This document shows, one piece after another, positions 9,181 through 17,728 of a stretch of 27,179 nt of DNA. The notes under the pieces are model-generated. The model was not told the DNA's origin and did not search any database. It was given only the letters and a program-made list of their open reading frames with translations. The position numbers and the translations under genes were made by a program. The stretch covers positions 1 through 27,179 of the forward strand of contig JAYGFR010000078.1 of the NCBI GenBank assembly GCA_046581755.1, read 5' to 3'. This DNA is from Nitrospinota bacterium (GTDB taxonomy: Bacteria > UBA8248). How positions within the stretch are numbered: position 1 is the stretch's first letter; each line of letters begins with the position of its first letter.

Positions 9181-9987
9181 CTACAACCACATCCCGGCCC
9201 GCTGCATCATTTGGTCGAGAGCGAAGGAAACTTTTTCCGGTGCCTCGACGGGGGACATGTGGCCCACGCCGCCGATCAGATCGATGGTGGAGCCGGGCAA
9301 AATTTCGAGAAGCTCCCGCATAATCTGGGCCGAAACCAGGGCGTCCACCTCCCCGCCGATCACCGCGCATGGCACATTGATATCCTTTAGATAATAGGCC
9401 ACGTCCCCGCGCTGCCGCATGGCGTCGAGCAGGAGAGCGATGCTGGCCGGGCGCTGGCCTTCGATGACTTCCTGGGTTTGGCCCACTTCGTCCGGATGGG
9501 AGGCGGCGTATGCGGATGCGAAAAGCTGGGGCACGAAGGCATCTGCGAAGGCCGCCGTGCCCTCGTCGATCACATACTGCATGCTCTTCACCCGGGCCTC
9601 CTGCTTTTCGGGGGGGTCGGCATTCCCGCCGCCGGTGCTGACGAAGGCAGCCGCGCGCACTTTCAGGGGATGCCGGACTAGCATTTGAGCGAGAATGTAG
9701 CCACCCATCGAGAACCCGGCCACGGCGGCGGCGGGGATATCGAGCGCCTCGAGCAGCGCCGCGGCGTCATCGGCCATGTCCTCGATGGAGATGGACGCGG
9801 AAGGGGCCTCTGTTTTCCCGAGCCCGCGCAGGTCGGGGACGATGAGCCGGTATTGCCGTTCGAGTTCGGCCACCTGGGCCGCCCACATGGAATGGTCGAG
9901 CGAGAAGCCGTGCAGCAGGAGCAGCGGCGGGCCGCTGCCCCGGTCTTCGTAGGCGATGGTGAGGCCGTTGGCGCGGGTGAATTTCAT
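9181..9987 (-). CDS. Alpha/beta fold hydrolase (3-oxoadipate enol-lactonase-like)
   Basis: LLLHGF, PDLRGLG, nucleophile GFSMGG, GEVDAL, GHMSPVEAPE. Confidence 0.9.
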   Translation of the reverse strand: MKFTRANGLTIAYEDRGSGPPLLLLHGFSLDHSMWAAQVAELERQYRLIVPDLRGLGKTEAPSASISIEDMADDAAALLEALDIPAAAVAGFSMGGYILAQMLVRHPLKVRAAAFVSTGGGNADPPEKQEARVKSMQYVIDEGTAAFADAFVPQLFASAYAASHPDEVGQTQEVIEGQRPASIALLLDAMRQRGDVAYYLKDINVPCAVIGGEVDALVSAQIMRELLEILPGSTIDLIGGVGHMSPVEAPEKVSFALDQMMQRAGMWL

Positions 9988-10053
9988 CGGGGTTCTCCCT
10001 CAATTCATTGAACGCCCCGGTTCGCCTCGGAGGCGGTTTGGTTTCGGTGGGGG

Positions 10054-11298
10054 TTATTCCACCCCATTGTCCGGCTGGCTCCAGGCGCTCATCGTCTCCC
10101 CGAGAGCGAGCTCGATTTCCTCGCACACCCATTCATCGTTTTCCAGATACAGGCGAGCTTCCAGGATTCGCCGGATTCTTTCAAGGCCGGTGCGCGTTCC
10201 GGTGCGCGTTCCGATGCGCCCCAGGGCCCAGGCGGCATGGCCCCGCGCCAGAGGTTCCGGGTGCTGCAGGGCCCGAGAAAGCGGATAGAGCGATGCGCGG
10301 TCTCCCGTGTTTCCGATGGCCACCGCGACGTTGCGGAGAAATCCGCCGTAGCGAGCCCGCATGACCGGTGTTCCCTGAAAACGGGTCTTGAATTCCCTTT
10401 CATTCAACAAAATGAGTTCATGGAGATTCGGGGCCTGCGTCCCGGCGCGGGGCGCGAAGCGGGGTTCCGCGGCGAAGGGCGCATCGTCGTTCCAGGGGCA
10501 GACCTCCTGGCAGATGTCGCAGCCGAAAATATGGTTTCCCGTCAGGGCGCGCAGTTCCCTCGGCATCGGGCCCCGAAGTTCGATCGTAAGATAGGAAATG
10601 CACCGCCGCGAATCGACCACGCCCGGCGCCACGATGGCATTCGTCGGGCACTCGACGATGCACTGGGTGCAGGTCCCGCAATGCTCCCTCTCCATGGGCG
10701 GGTCCGCCGGAAGAGGCCGGTTCAGCAAAAGCGTTCCAATGAAAAAATAACTCCCGAGCTCCCGGTTCAGGAGGAGGGAATTTTTTCCGGCCCATCCGAT
10801 GCCGCTACGGACGGCCAGGTCGCGCTCCAGGATCGGGCCGGTGTCCACGTAGGTCCTCCCCTCGATCGAGGGGTCGATTTCCTTTAATTCACGGAGTACG
10901 CGGATGAGCCGTTTTTTCATGAATTTGTGATAGTCGCCTCCATGGGCGTAGATGGCGATTTTACCGGAAGGGGATTCTCCGGGGGGGGCGTTCCCGTTCG
11001 GGCCATCAATTGGGCGGTAGCGCATGGCCACAACCAGGGCCGATCGCGTTTCCGGCCATACATGGCGCAAATCCTTGCGCACTTCGGGTCTTCGGGTCAG
11101 GTACGCCATCTTTCCGGCATATCCCCGTTCGATCCATTCCAGATAACGGCCGTGTGCAGAATGAAGATCGGGAGGTGCGATTCCGGCGAGGTCGAATCCA
11201 TGGCGCCGGGCCAATTCCTTGGCTGCCCGCGCCATTTCTCTGCCAGACACCGCCTCGGCGAAGCGGTTTTCGCCGGGTATCAAGGGCAGGAGGGTCAT
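10054..11298 (-). CDS. queG: tRNA epoxyqueuosine(34) reductase QueG
   Basis: GYAGKMAYL, YAHGGDYH, YVDTGPILER, GIGWAGKNS, CGTCTQCIVECPT, RCISYLTIE, FGCDICQEVCPWN and a C-terminal HEAT-like repeat. Start ATG at 11298 overlaps the upstream stop (ATGA). Confidence 0.96.
   Translation of the reverse strand: MTLLPLIPGENRFAEAVSGREMARAAKELARRHGFDLAGIAPPDLHSAHGRYLEWIERGYAGKMAYLTRRPEVRKDLRHVWPETRSALVVAMRYRPIDGPNGNAPPGESPSGKIAIYAHGGDYHKFMKKRLIRVLRELKEIDPSIEGRTYVDTGPILERDLAVRSGIGWAGKNSLLLNRELGSYFFIGTLLLNRPLPADPPMEREHCGTCTQCIVECPTNAIVAPGVVDSRRCISYLTIELRGPMPRELRALTGNHIFGCDICQEVCPWNDDAPFAAEPRFAPRAGTQAPNLHELILLNEREFKTRFQGTPVMRARYGGFLRNVAVAIGNTGDRASLYPLSRALQHPEPLARGHAAWALGRIGTRTGTRTGLERIRRILEARLYLENDEWVCEEIELALGETMSAWSQPDNGVE
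10187..10213. repeat. In-frame 12-bp tandem duplication (CCGGTGCGCGTT x2.25) within the queG 3' end
   Basis: Directly visible in the sequence; encodes GTRT-GTRT. Confidence 0.8.
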
Positions 11299-12041
11299 GG
11301 CGACGCCTTTTGAGCGACGCACTGGCACTGGGCGCGCGTGGTGAGGGTGCGGCCGCCGCTGTGGACATACTCCCGGAGGGCGTCCCACCGGCCGTCGCTC
11401 CGCCAGCCGGGTACGGTTTCTCCATTTCGAAAATATCCATCGAGCAGGTCCGGCGGGGATTCGAATTCGAGAATTTCTTTTTCGACACGGAGGAAAAGCG
11501 GCGATAGATCGAACTGGTCCAGGATGGATTCCACGGAGCGTTCCGGCAGGGCGAACCTGCTCGTGAATCCCGATTCTTTCCATAAATCCGGGTGAAGCGC
11601 GGCGAAAGCGAATATTCCGCCGGGGGTGAGGGCGGCCGCGGCGCGCCGCGCGATTTCGTGTCCCATGCATAAATGCGCCGTGATGAGGTCCGGCGTCATT
11701 CCCCGCAAGAGCGGAGCGTAATCTTCTTTTTCGACATCGAGACGAACGAACCGGGCGGCGGCCAGATTTTCCTCCCGGGCGCGGATTTCGGCTTCGGCCA
11801 ACGCCTCATCGTTGCGGTCGGCCCCGACCGACCAACCCCCGGAGGACCACAGGTTTGACAAGGCGAAGGTCATCCGGCCGGCGCCGCATCCCAAATCGAG
11901 ATGCCCGCCTCCGGAGGGAAACACTTTTCTTGTGGCGGAAAGCCAGCTATCGCCCATTCGCCCGTGGAGGGCGGCGCCGTCGCCGGCGCGGTAGGCCCGG
12001 GCGGCGCATTCGATATGCCACTTTCGGCGGGCGGCCTCCAT
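11295..12041 (-). CDS. Class I SAM-dependent methyltransferase
   Basis: Motif I HLDLGCGAG, post-I VGADRN, FVRLDVE, PDLITAH, LTPGGIF. The stop overlaps the queG start. Confidence 0.85.
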   Translation of the reverse strand: MEAARRKWHIECAARAYRAGDGAALHGRMGDSWLSATRKVFPSGGGHLDLGCGAGRMTFALSNLWSSGGWSVGADRNDEALAEAEIRAREENLAAARFVRLDVEKEDYAPLLRGMTPDLITAHLCMGHEIARRAAAALTPGGIFAFAALHPDLWKESGFTSRFALPERSVESILDQFDLSPLFLRVEKEILEFESPPDLLDGYFRNGETVPGWRSDGRWDALREYVHSGGRTLTTRAQCQCVAQKASP

Positions 12042-12273
12042 GTCCGGTTCCTTTGTGGGTCGATGAAAAAATGCGCCATTCTCCGCAGCTTCGGACCGCG
12101 GATTTTAAAACATCATACAACCGATCCGTCGCCCGAATTACCGGGATAAAAGATGGTGGCCGGGAGGCCGGAGGAATGTCAAGAAGCGCCCATGCGTCAT
12201 GGATCCAGAATCCGCGAATCCCTGCCATTGCGCTGATTGGTCATCCGCGAGGGGCTATTTTCGATGCTACCCA

Positions 12274-13098
12274 ATGGATGAGATGAATGTTAATTTGGCG
12301 GGGAGCCATCGATCCGGAACCGCCGATACCGCGAATCGTTTTTCAGCGGGAGATGAATTGAACGCGAATCAGTCTACGGAAATCCTTCTTTACCGCCGAA
12401 AGATCTTCATATATTCCGTACTCGCCGGCGCTGTTGTCCTGGCGGTCCTGGGATTTTTCTTTTGGGACAACCTCGTTCAGGTTTTGGAGTTTCTGAAACG
12501 GATTCAGGCGAAAAAGGATCTATTCCGCGACTGGATCAACTCATTCGGCGTATGGAGCCCGCTCGTATTTATCGCGACCCAGGTGGTCCAGGTCGTTTTT
12601 TCGCCAATACCCGGCGAGTTGACCGGGTTCCTGGGCGGCTATATCTACGGCGTATGGGTGTCCACGTTATACAGCACCATCGGGCTATCGCTCGGGAGCT
12701 ATCTGGCGTTCGCCATCGGCAGAAGGCTGGGCAGGCCGTTTGTCGAAAAACTGGTTTCCCGGGCGGTCCTCGATAAATTCGATTTTCTCGTATCCAACAA
12801 AGGCGCCTGGTTCGCTTTTATCTTTTTTTCGATACCGGGTTTCCCGAAGGATTACATGTGCTATCTCCTTGGGTTGAGCCCCCTTCGAACCCGGTCTTTT
12901 CTTTTCGTGGCCACGGTCGGGAGAATTCCGGGCACGCTGGTTCTCTCGCTCCAGGGGGCGAATCTCTACAATGAGCGCTACGGGCTGTTTTTTGGTTTTT
13001 TGGTGGGAATCCTGATCGTGGGAGCGTTAACCGGATACTATAAAGAATCGATTCGGAAGTGGCTTCGCGGAAAGGCGGAGAAGGCGGCATCGGGTTAA
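12274..13098 (+). CDS. TVP38/TMEM64 (DedA-like, VTT domain) membrane protein; start uncertain (12274 ATG or 12358 TTG)
   Basis: QVVFSPIPGELTGFLGGYIYG, GSYLAFAIGRRLGRPFV, IPGFPKDYMCYLLGLS, GRIPGT. Confidence 0.9.
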   Translation: MDEMNVNLAGSHRSGTADTANRFSAGDELNANQSTEILLYRRKIFIYSVLAGAVVLAVLGFFFWDNLVQVLEFLKRIQAKKDLFRDWINSFGVWSPLVFIATQVVQVVFSPIPGELTGFLGGYIYGVWVSTLYSTIGLSLGSYLAFAIGRRLGRPFVEKLVSRAVLDKFDFLVSNKGAWFAFIFFSIPGFPKDYMCYLLGLSPLRTRSFLFVATVGRIPGTLVLSLQGANLYNERYGLFFGFLVGILIVGALTGYYKESIRKWLRGKAEKAASG

Positions 13099-13188
13099 AG
13101 CGCAAAGGTTGTGGACCGGCGCTGGAGTCAATCGGGCCGATCGGCCGTGCGTCCCGCCCACCGCGAGAGCCACCGCTGGGGGCCGGGC

Positions 13189-13821
13189 TCAGCTTTCGGC
13201 CGCTTGCCTGGAGAGAATCTTGAGGGACATTTCCACGAACCGCGAAATACCGTCAAGAGAGCCGCTCCGGTCGTCGAACTCGACCCCGTAGGAGTTTCCA
13301 TCCGCGTTTCGCCGGACGTTCCGCACGAAGCCCAGCACGTTCTCCGCCTTGCTCCCGTCCGGAAGACTGCACGAAATGAATATCGGCATCCCGGTTTCCA
13401 GCCGGAAGTGAAACGAGAATTCGCATCCGCTCGTGCTGAGGTCCCGGATGGAGCCACGCGGCTCCCGCTCGCTCCGGTTCAGCGAGGACAGGTCGTGTTT
13501 CCGCTGAGTTCCAAAAGCTTCCATCGCGGTGTTTATTCTCCGGTCCTTGCGGAAATCGTGTTTTTCCAGCTTGGATGGATAGCTGAGAAAAACCATGCGG
13601 AAGGGGTTGATCGTCTGGCCGATCACCGAGGACTGAAAGCCCAGAATTTCGCCCCCGTGAATTCCCCGGATAATGATAGTGGTCTCTTTTTTGAGCTGGA
13701 CCGAATCGGTGCCGTGTACGGGCTGCTCGACGATGACGCACTCATCCGTCTCCCAGCCGATGACGCGCGACTGCATCTTCACCTTCCGGGCCGGATCGAT
13801 CATCTGGATGATCGTGTTCAC
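13189..13821 (-). CDS. Flagellar-brake-like c-di-GMP receptor (N-terminal PilZN-type domain plus PilZ domain)
   Basis: Intact RxxxR (RKDRR) and DxSxxG (DLSTSG) motifs, YGVEF at the C-terminus, YcgR-type N-terminal beta domain (SRVIGW...GFQSSVI...FLSYP). GTG start. Confidence 0.88.
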   Translation of the reverse strand: MNTIIQMIDPARKVKMQSRVIGWETDECVIVEQPVHGTDSVQLKKETTIIIRGIHGGEILGFQSSVIGQTINPFRMVFLSYPSKLEKHDFRKDRRINTAMEAFGTQRKHDLSSLNRSEREPRGSIRDLSTSGCEFSFHFRLETGMPIFISCSLPDGSKAENVLGFVRNVRRNADGNSYGVEFDDRSGSLDGISRFVEMSLKILSRQAAES

Positions 13822-14152
13822 GGGTAGAATGGCTGAATCCCTCCTATTGAACGCAAATATACCCCGAATAATATCAATAATACAGCCTGCTAGGCGGCTA
13901 CGCCATCCATTTGTTTAATATCAGCCTATTTGCCCTTCCCCGGCGGCGCCTCCCGCCGAAAAATCCTTCAGGTGCGCCTTAAGACACTTCTGCGGCAAGC
14001 TCCTATCGCCAAGCTTACCTTGACCTGTCGCCCGCTCCTGGGCGGCCGGCCGGGCGTGCCATATGGGGCGAAACCTCTTCGATAGGGTTTCCCGCTGGCG
14101 CAAAACCAGAGATGCCCGAAACGGGGACGGTACTTCTCCGCGATGGGGTGGG

Positions 14153-15037
14153 TTAATACAGTTCCAGATACAGCAAAACGAGGGGTATCGTTACGACGCT
14201 CATGAGGACCCCCGTGAACACGACCGAAGCCGCCAGGGGCCCCTCGTTGCTGTAGCGCTCGGCAAAAACATAGTTCAGGACCGCCGGAGGGCTGCACGAA
14301 ATCAAAAAAAGCGCCGCGCGCATGGGACCTTCGAGATCCAAACTTTTCGAAATGACCCATGCCGTGGCGAAGCCCAGGGAGAACCTCAGGCCCACGACCA
14401 GGAGGCTGAACGGGAGGTCCGATATTCGAATCGAGCGCAGCCTGTAGCCCAGCGCGAGGAGTTCGATGGGAAACATTCCCCTCCCGGTCAGGTGGGTGAA
14501 GCGAAGAAGAAATTTGGGCAAAGGTATCGCGGTCAGCGCCACGACGAGGCCGGCGATGGCGGCCCATAAGGCAGGCATTCGAAACGGCTCTTTGGCTATG
14601 GACCTTCCGCCGTGAATCACGATGCCGACAGTGAAGGTGATGAAGACATTCGGGATGGACAGTAGGACGACCTGGGACAGCCCTTCTTCGCCGAAGGCCA
14701 GAAGGGCCAGCGGATAGGGCAAGGAAACCGCGTTCATAATCAGGATGCCCGGAACGAAAATCCGGTGCCGGATTCCCGCGATTTTGGAGATGGTCCAGGC
14801 GATGGAGCCCGGAATAATGTGGATGGCGAGGGAGATGCCGACCGCTTGCAAAAGCTGGCGGGTATCGATGTTCTGGCGGGCCAGGGCGTCGAACACGAGG
14901 GCCGGAGCCAAAAGGAATAAAACCAGGTCGGTGAGAATCCGGGGATCCATTTTGCGCCAGAATCCCCAGCAAAATCCCACGGCGCAAAGAGCGACGACCG
15001 GAAAGACGATTTCAAGTATTCGAAGTACGTAAGTCAT
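14153..15037 (-). CDS. AEC (auxin efflux carrier/malate permease) family transporter
   Basis: 294 aa with about 10 TM segments; APALVF, MNAVSLPYPLALLAFGEEG, PIELLALG, SPPAVLNYVFAERY. Confidence 0.9.
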   Translation of the reverse strand: MTYVLRILEIVFPVVALCAVGFCWGFWRKMDPRILTDLVLFLLAPALVFDALARQNIDTRQLLQAVGISLAIHIIPGSIAWTISKIAGIRHRIFVPGILIMNAVSLPYPLALLAFGEEGLSQVVLLSIPNVFITFTVGIVIHGGRSIAKEPFRMPALWAAIAGLVVALTAIPLPKFLLRFTHLTGRGMFPIELLALGYRLRSIRISDLPFSLLVVGLRFSLGFATAWVISKSLDLEGPMRAALFLISCSPPAVLNYVFAERYSNEGPLAASVVFTGVLMSVVTIPLVLLYLELY

Positions 15038-15296
15038 CCGGTTTGTTCAATCTCCGCTGCTTGTATTTGAGGCGATAAAAGACGCGGGCGGAGTATATCC
15101 GGTATTTCTGCAGGGTTAAAGGATCGCGGCCGCCGCTTGTGGCGCTGGTTGGGCCCAGTTGAGCCGGGGGGGGCCGGCGGGAATGTTGCGGCGTCCGGCT
15201 CTCCGCGCTAGGCTTCATCTCCCGATAAATAATATTCCCGCAGGTTGAACGGTTTTCGCCGAAAGCGGCTTCATGGATTTGAGGAGGAGTGGTCTC

Positions 15297-15737
15297 ATGC
15301 CGGAGTTCGATCACATTGGTTATGCCGTCCGCAATGTCGATGACAAAAAAGAATTGATGGAAGATTTGCTGGGGTTCAAATTCGCCGAGCGAAAAGAGTA
15401 CGATCGGGGCGGCGTAAAGGCGCGCCTGGATTTTTACGAGACGCCGGGCGGTTTGATGGAATTGGTCGAGGTGAGCGATCCCGGTGCGCCGATCAATCAA
15501 TTTATCGAGTCGAGGGGCGAGGGCGTTCACCATATTTGCCTGCGTGTAGACGATATCCGCCAAACGATGGCGGAGTGGGAATCCAAGGGCGTGAAGTTCA
15601 CGATGAAACCGCCTCGTTATGGATCGAGGAACGGCCTGATTACTTTCGCCGATCCTTCAACGACGGGGGGGCTTTTGACAGAACTGGTTCAGTATTTGAA
15701 GGAAGGCGAAGAGATTCCGGATTGGGCGCAACAATAG
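15297..15737 (+). CDS. VOC family protein, methylmalonyl-CoA epimerase-like
   Basis: FDHIGYAV, MELVE, FIESRGEGVHHICLRVDDI, PSTTGGLLTELVQ. Strong RBS GAGGAGG before the ATG at 15297. Confidence 0.85.
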   Translation: MPEFDHIGYAVRNVDDKKELMEDLLGFKFAERKEYDRGGVKARLDFYETPGGLMELVEVSDPGAPINQFIESRGEGVHHICLRVDDIRQTMAEWESKGVKFTMKPPRYGSRNGLITFADPSTTGGLLTELVQYLKEGEEIPDWAQQ

Positions 15738-15768
15738 AAAAAGCCATCGGCGCCGATCGCTGCCGATG
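15738..15768 (-). terminator. Probable intrinsic terminator downstream of the cold-shock gene
   Basis: Minus strand CATCGGC...GCCGATG stem followed by GCTTTTT. Confidence 0.5.
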
Positions 15769-15855
15769 CGGTGCCTTGCTCGGGGGGTCTGGACGCGGCG
15801 GACGGACAATCAGCCAAGCGGCGGGTGCCGCATGTTTGGTGGTCCTGGATGTCCC

Positions 15856-16068
15856 TCAGGTTGCAGTTTCCGTTTTGCGGACGTTGGATGCCTGAAGGCC
15901 CTTGGGGCCCTGGGCAATTTCGAACTCTACGGAGTCGCCTTCCTTGAGGGATTTAAATCCTTCCTGTTGGATGGCGGTGTAGTGAACGAAAATATCCGTT
16001 TCGTCCTCCTGAGTGATGAATCCAAATCCTTTTGCGTCGTTGAACCATTTCACAGTTCCTTGAGGCAC
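15856..16068 (-). CDS. Cold-shock protein (CspA family), 70 aa
   Basis: [15 protein letters not shown] (RNP1), DIFVHY (RNP2), [13 protein letters not shown] start at 16068 with GGAG upstream. Confidence 0.96.
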   Translation of the reverse strand: MPQGTVKWFNDAKGFGFITQEDETDIFVHYTAIQQEGFKSLKEGDSVEFEIAQGPKGLQASNVRKTETAT

Positions 16069-16211
16069 TTGCACCACTCCCCATGCCATCGGCCCGGAGC
16101 GGGCCAAACCCTGAAAACCGATACAAATACCCCGACAAGAACAAAAAAGGCCGCATTTCCGCAACGCGACTGTTTGGTCCTTCCGTAGGTTTGTATCGCA
16201 TCAATGTAAAT

Positions 16212-16240
16212 ACGCTAGATGAGTTAAGAAATGGTGTCAA
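16212..16240 (-). promoter_or_regulatory. sigma70 promoter of the cold-shock gene
   Basis: Minus strand TTGACA (16240-16235), 17-nt spacer, TAGCGT (16217-16212); implies a leader of about 135 nt. Confidence 0.65.
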
Positions 16241-16373
16241 GAGAAAATATTAACAGAATTACACGTTTAGTATCAGATACTTAAAATTTTTTTGCAGCGC
16301 AAGCGCGGGCTGTGCGGAGGCTGGTTCCCATTCTCTGATGGAACCATACTCGCCGGTGCCGTCCGGAATAGTT

Positions 16374-16423
16374 TGTTTCGCTCTCGGGCGGCCCGGGGCT
16401 CCATCCCCGGGTTTTCCTGGCTG
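16374..16423. repeat. Direct repeat copy 1 (about 50 bp, internal hairpin)
   Basis: TGTTTCGCTCTCGGGCGGCCCGGGGCTCCATCCCCGGGTTTTCCTGGCTG; matches 17729-17777 with one substitution and one 1-nt indel. Confidence 0.9.
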
Positions 16424-16431
16424 AATACCTG

Positions 16432-17499
16432 TTAATGGGAAATTGCATTCCCCTTCGCCCCGGATGGCTCTCGCAATGGCAACAGGGGCATGACCTCCGA
16501 GGCGAAGCGTTCTAGTTCTTCGAACATCGGGTGAAACTGGAGCAAAAACAGATCCACCCCAGACTCGTGGAAGGCCAGCATCCGCTCGGCAACGGTGGAA
16601 GGGCTTCCGACAAGCCCGGCCGCCGTTCCGCCGTTGGTGCCCACCCTGTCCGCCTGGACGCTGGTTTTTCTATGCTGGACCGCCTTGTCCGCACCCCGAA
16701 TCGGGGCTACCTCGCCAATGAGCGACCGGAGCCGCACCAACTCCGCCTGGGCGTCCTCGTCGGTTTCGCGGCAGACCACAAACGTGCTCATCCCGTGGCC
16801 GACAGTCCGCCCGTGAGCGGCGGCCTCCTCGTTCACGGCCCCCATTAGGGCGCGGGCGTCCTCTAGCGGGCGTCCGTTGAAGAGGAACACGTCGGCGGCT
16901 TTTCCGGCAAGCTTCAATGCGGCGGTGGACTCTCCGCCGAAATAAAATACCGGCCAGGGCTTACGTAGCGGTTTCGGCGAGGTAACCCCGCCGGTGATCT
17001 GGAAATACTTCCCCTCGAAGTCGAACTCCTCCTTCGTCCAGTAACCCTTCAGGACTTTGATGACCTCCTCCGATAGGTCGTAGCGTTCGTCGTGCGGCGG
17101 AAAGGGGATTCCGGCCATCTCGTGCTCGAGCCCCCACCAGCCCGAGACGATATTGATGGCGAAACGCCCCCCGCTGATCTGGTCGATGTTCGCGCCCATC
17201 TGGGCGACCAGGGCGGGGTGGCGGTAGGCGCTTTTGCTGGCAACGATGAGTTCAATACTTCGCGTAAGGGTGGCCAGGGCGGCCGCGGTGATCCAAGCTT
17301 CCAGGACGGGGGCCCCCACCCCTTTAATGCCGTTTAGGCTGCGGTCGAGGAGAAGGGTGCTATCAAAACCAAGTTCCTCGGCGCGTTGGATGTAGCGGGC
17401 GTTGTGCGCGAAGGAGGCCTCACGCACCTCATCGGGGGGTTCTCTCTGGACGAGAAAAGTCCCCCAAACCGGCCCCCACACTCCCATACGCAATCCCAT
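16432..17499 (-). CDS. LLM-class flavin-dependent monooxygenase (SsuD/SfnG/RutA-like)
   Basis: AEELGFDSTL, LEAWITAAALA, NIDQISGGRFAINIVSGW, FEGKYF, YFGGES, GTNGGTAAGLVGS, EELERFASEVMP. Start MGLRMG at 17499 after GGGGAG. Confidence 0.92.
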   Translation of the reverse strand: MGLRMGVWGPVWGTFLVQREPPDEVREASFAHNARYIQRAEELGFDSTLLLDRSLNGIKGVGAPVLEAWITAAALATLTRSIELIVASKSAYRHPALVAQMGANIDQISGGRFAINIVSGWWGLEHEMAGIPFPPHDERYDLSEEVIKVLKGYWTKEEFDFEGKYFQITGGVTSPKPLRKPWPVFYFGGESTAALKLAGKAADVFLFNGRPLEDARALMGAVNEEAAAHGRTVGHGMSTFVVCRETDEDAQAELVRLRSLIGEVAPIRGADKAVQHRKTSVQADRVGTNGGTAAGLVGSPSTVAERMLAFHESGVDLFLLQFHPMFEELERFASEVMPLLPLREPSGAKGNAISH

Positions 17500-17728
17500 G
17501 GATCTCCCCCGGAATTCCCCTTTTAACTGCCCACCGTAACCGCCTCTTGAAAGGCGATCCGCCTTCCGGGAGGCTCCCCCCACCGGGTGTTCTCCATCAG
17601 CGGGCGAGAGGAAGGATTAACTGATTGAATTATAAACTGCAGTCAGCCCGAATGGTGCGAAAATTATGAATTCATCCGGGAAATCCGGGCTAAATGAAAC
17701 ATATTCGCAACCGCCGCGGGGGATAGAC

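Noticed and set aside
11299..11670. Apparent 124-aa N-terminal extension of QueG in the ORF track
   Set aside because: It overlaps the methyltransferase in another frame; the ATGA-coupled start at 11298 fits better.
12177..12182. TTGACA on the minus strand upstream of the methyltransferase
   Set aside because: No convincing -10 element at 16-18 nt spacing.
14064..14130. GGCGAAACC...GCGCAAAACC resemblance to a c-di-GMP-I riboswitch near the PilZ gene
   Set aside because: It is on the wrong strand to regulate the PilZ gene and lacks the GNRA-capped P2 and downstream P3 pattern.
17520..17610. Assignment of the LLM leader to ZTP, NiCo, SAM-II or Moco riboswitch classes
   Set aside because: Only short fragments match and each class's essential conserved elements are missing; kept as an unclassified candidate instead.
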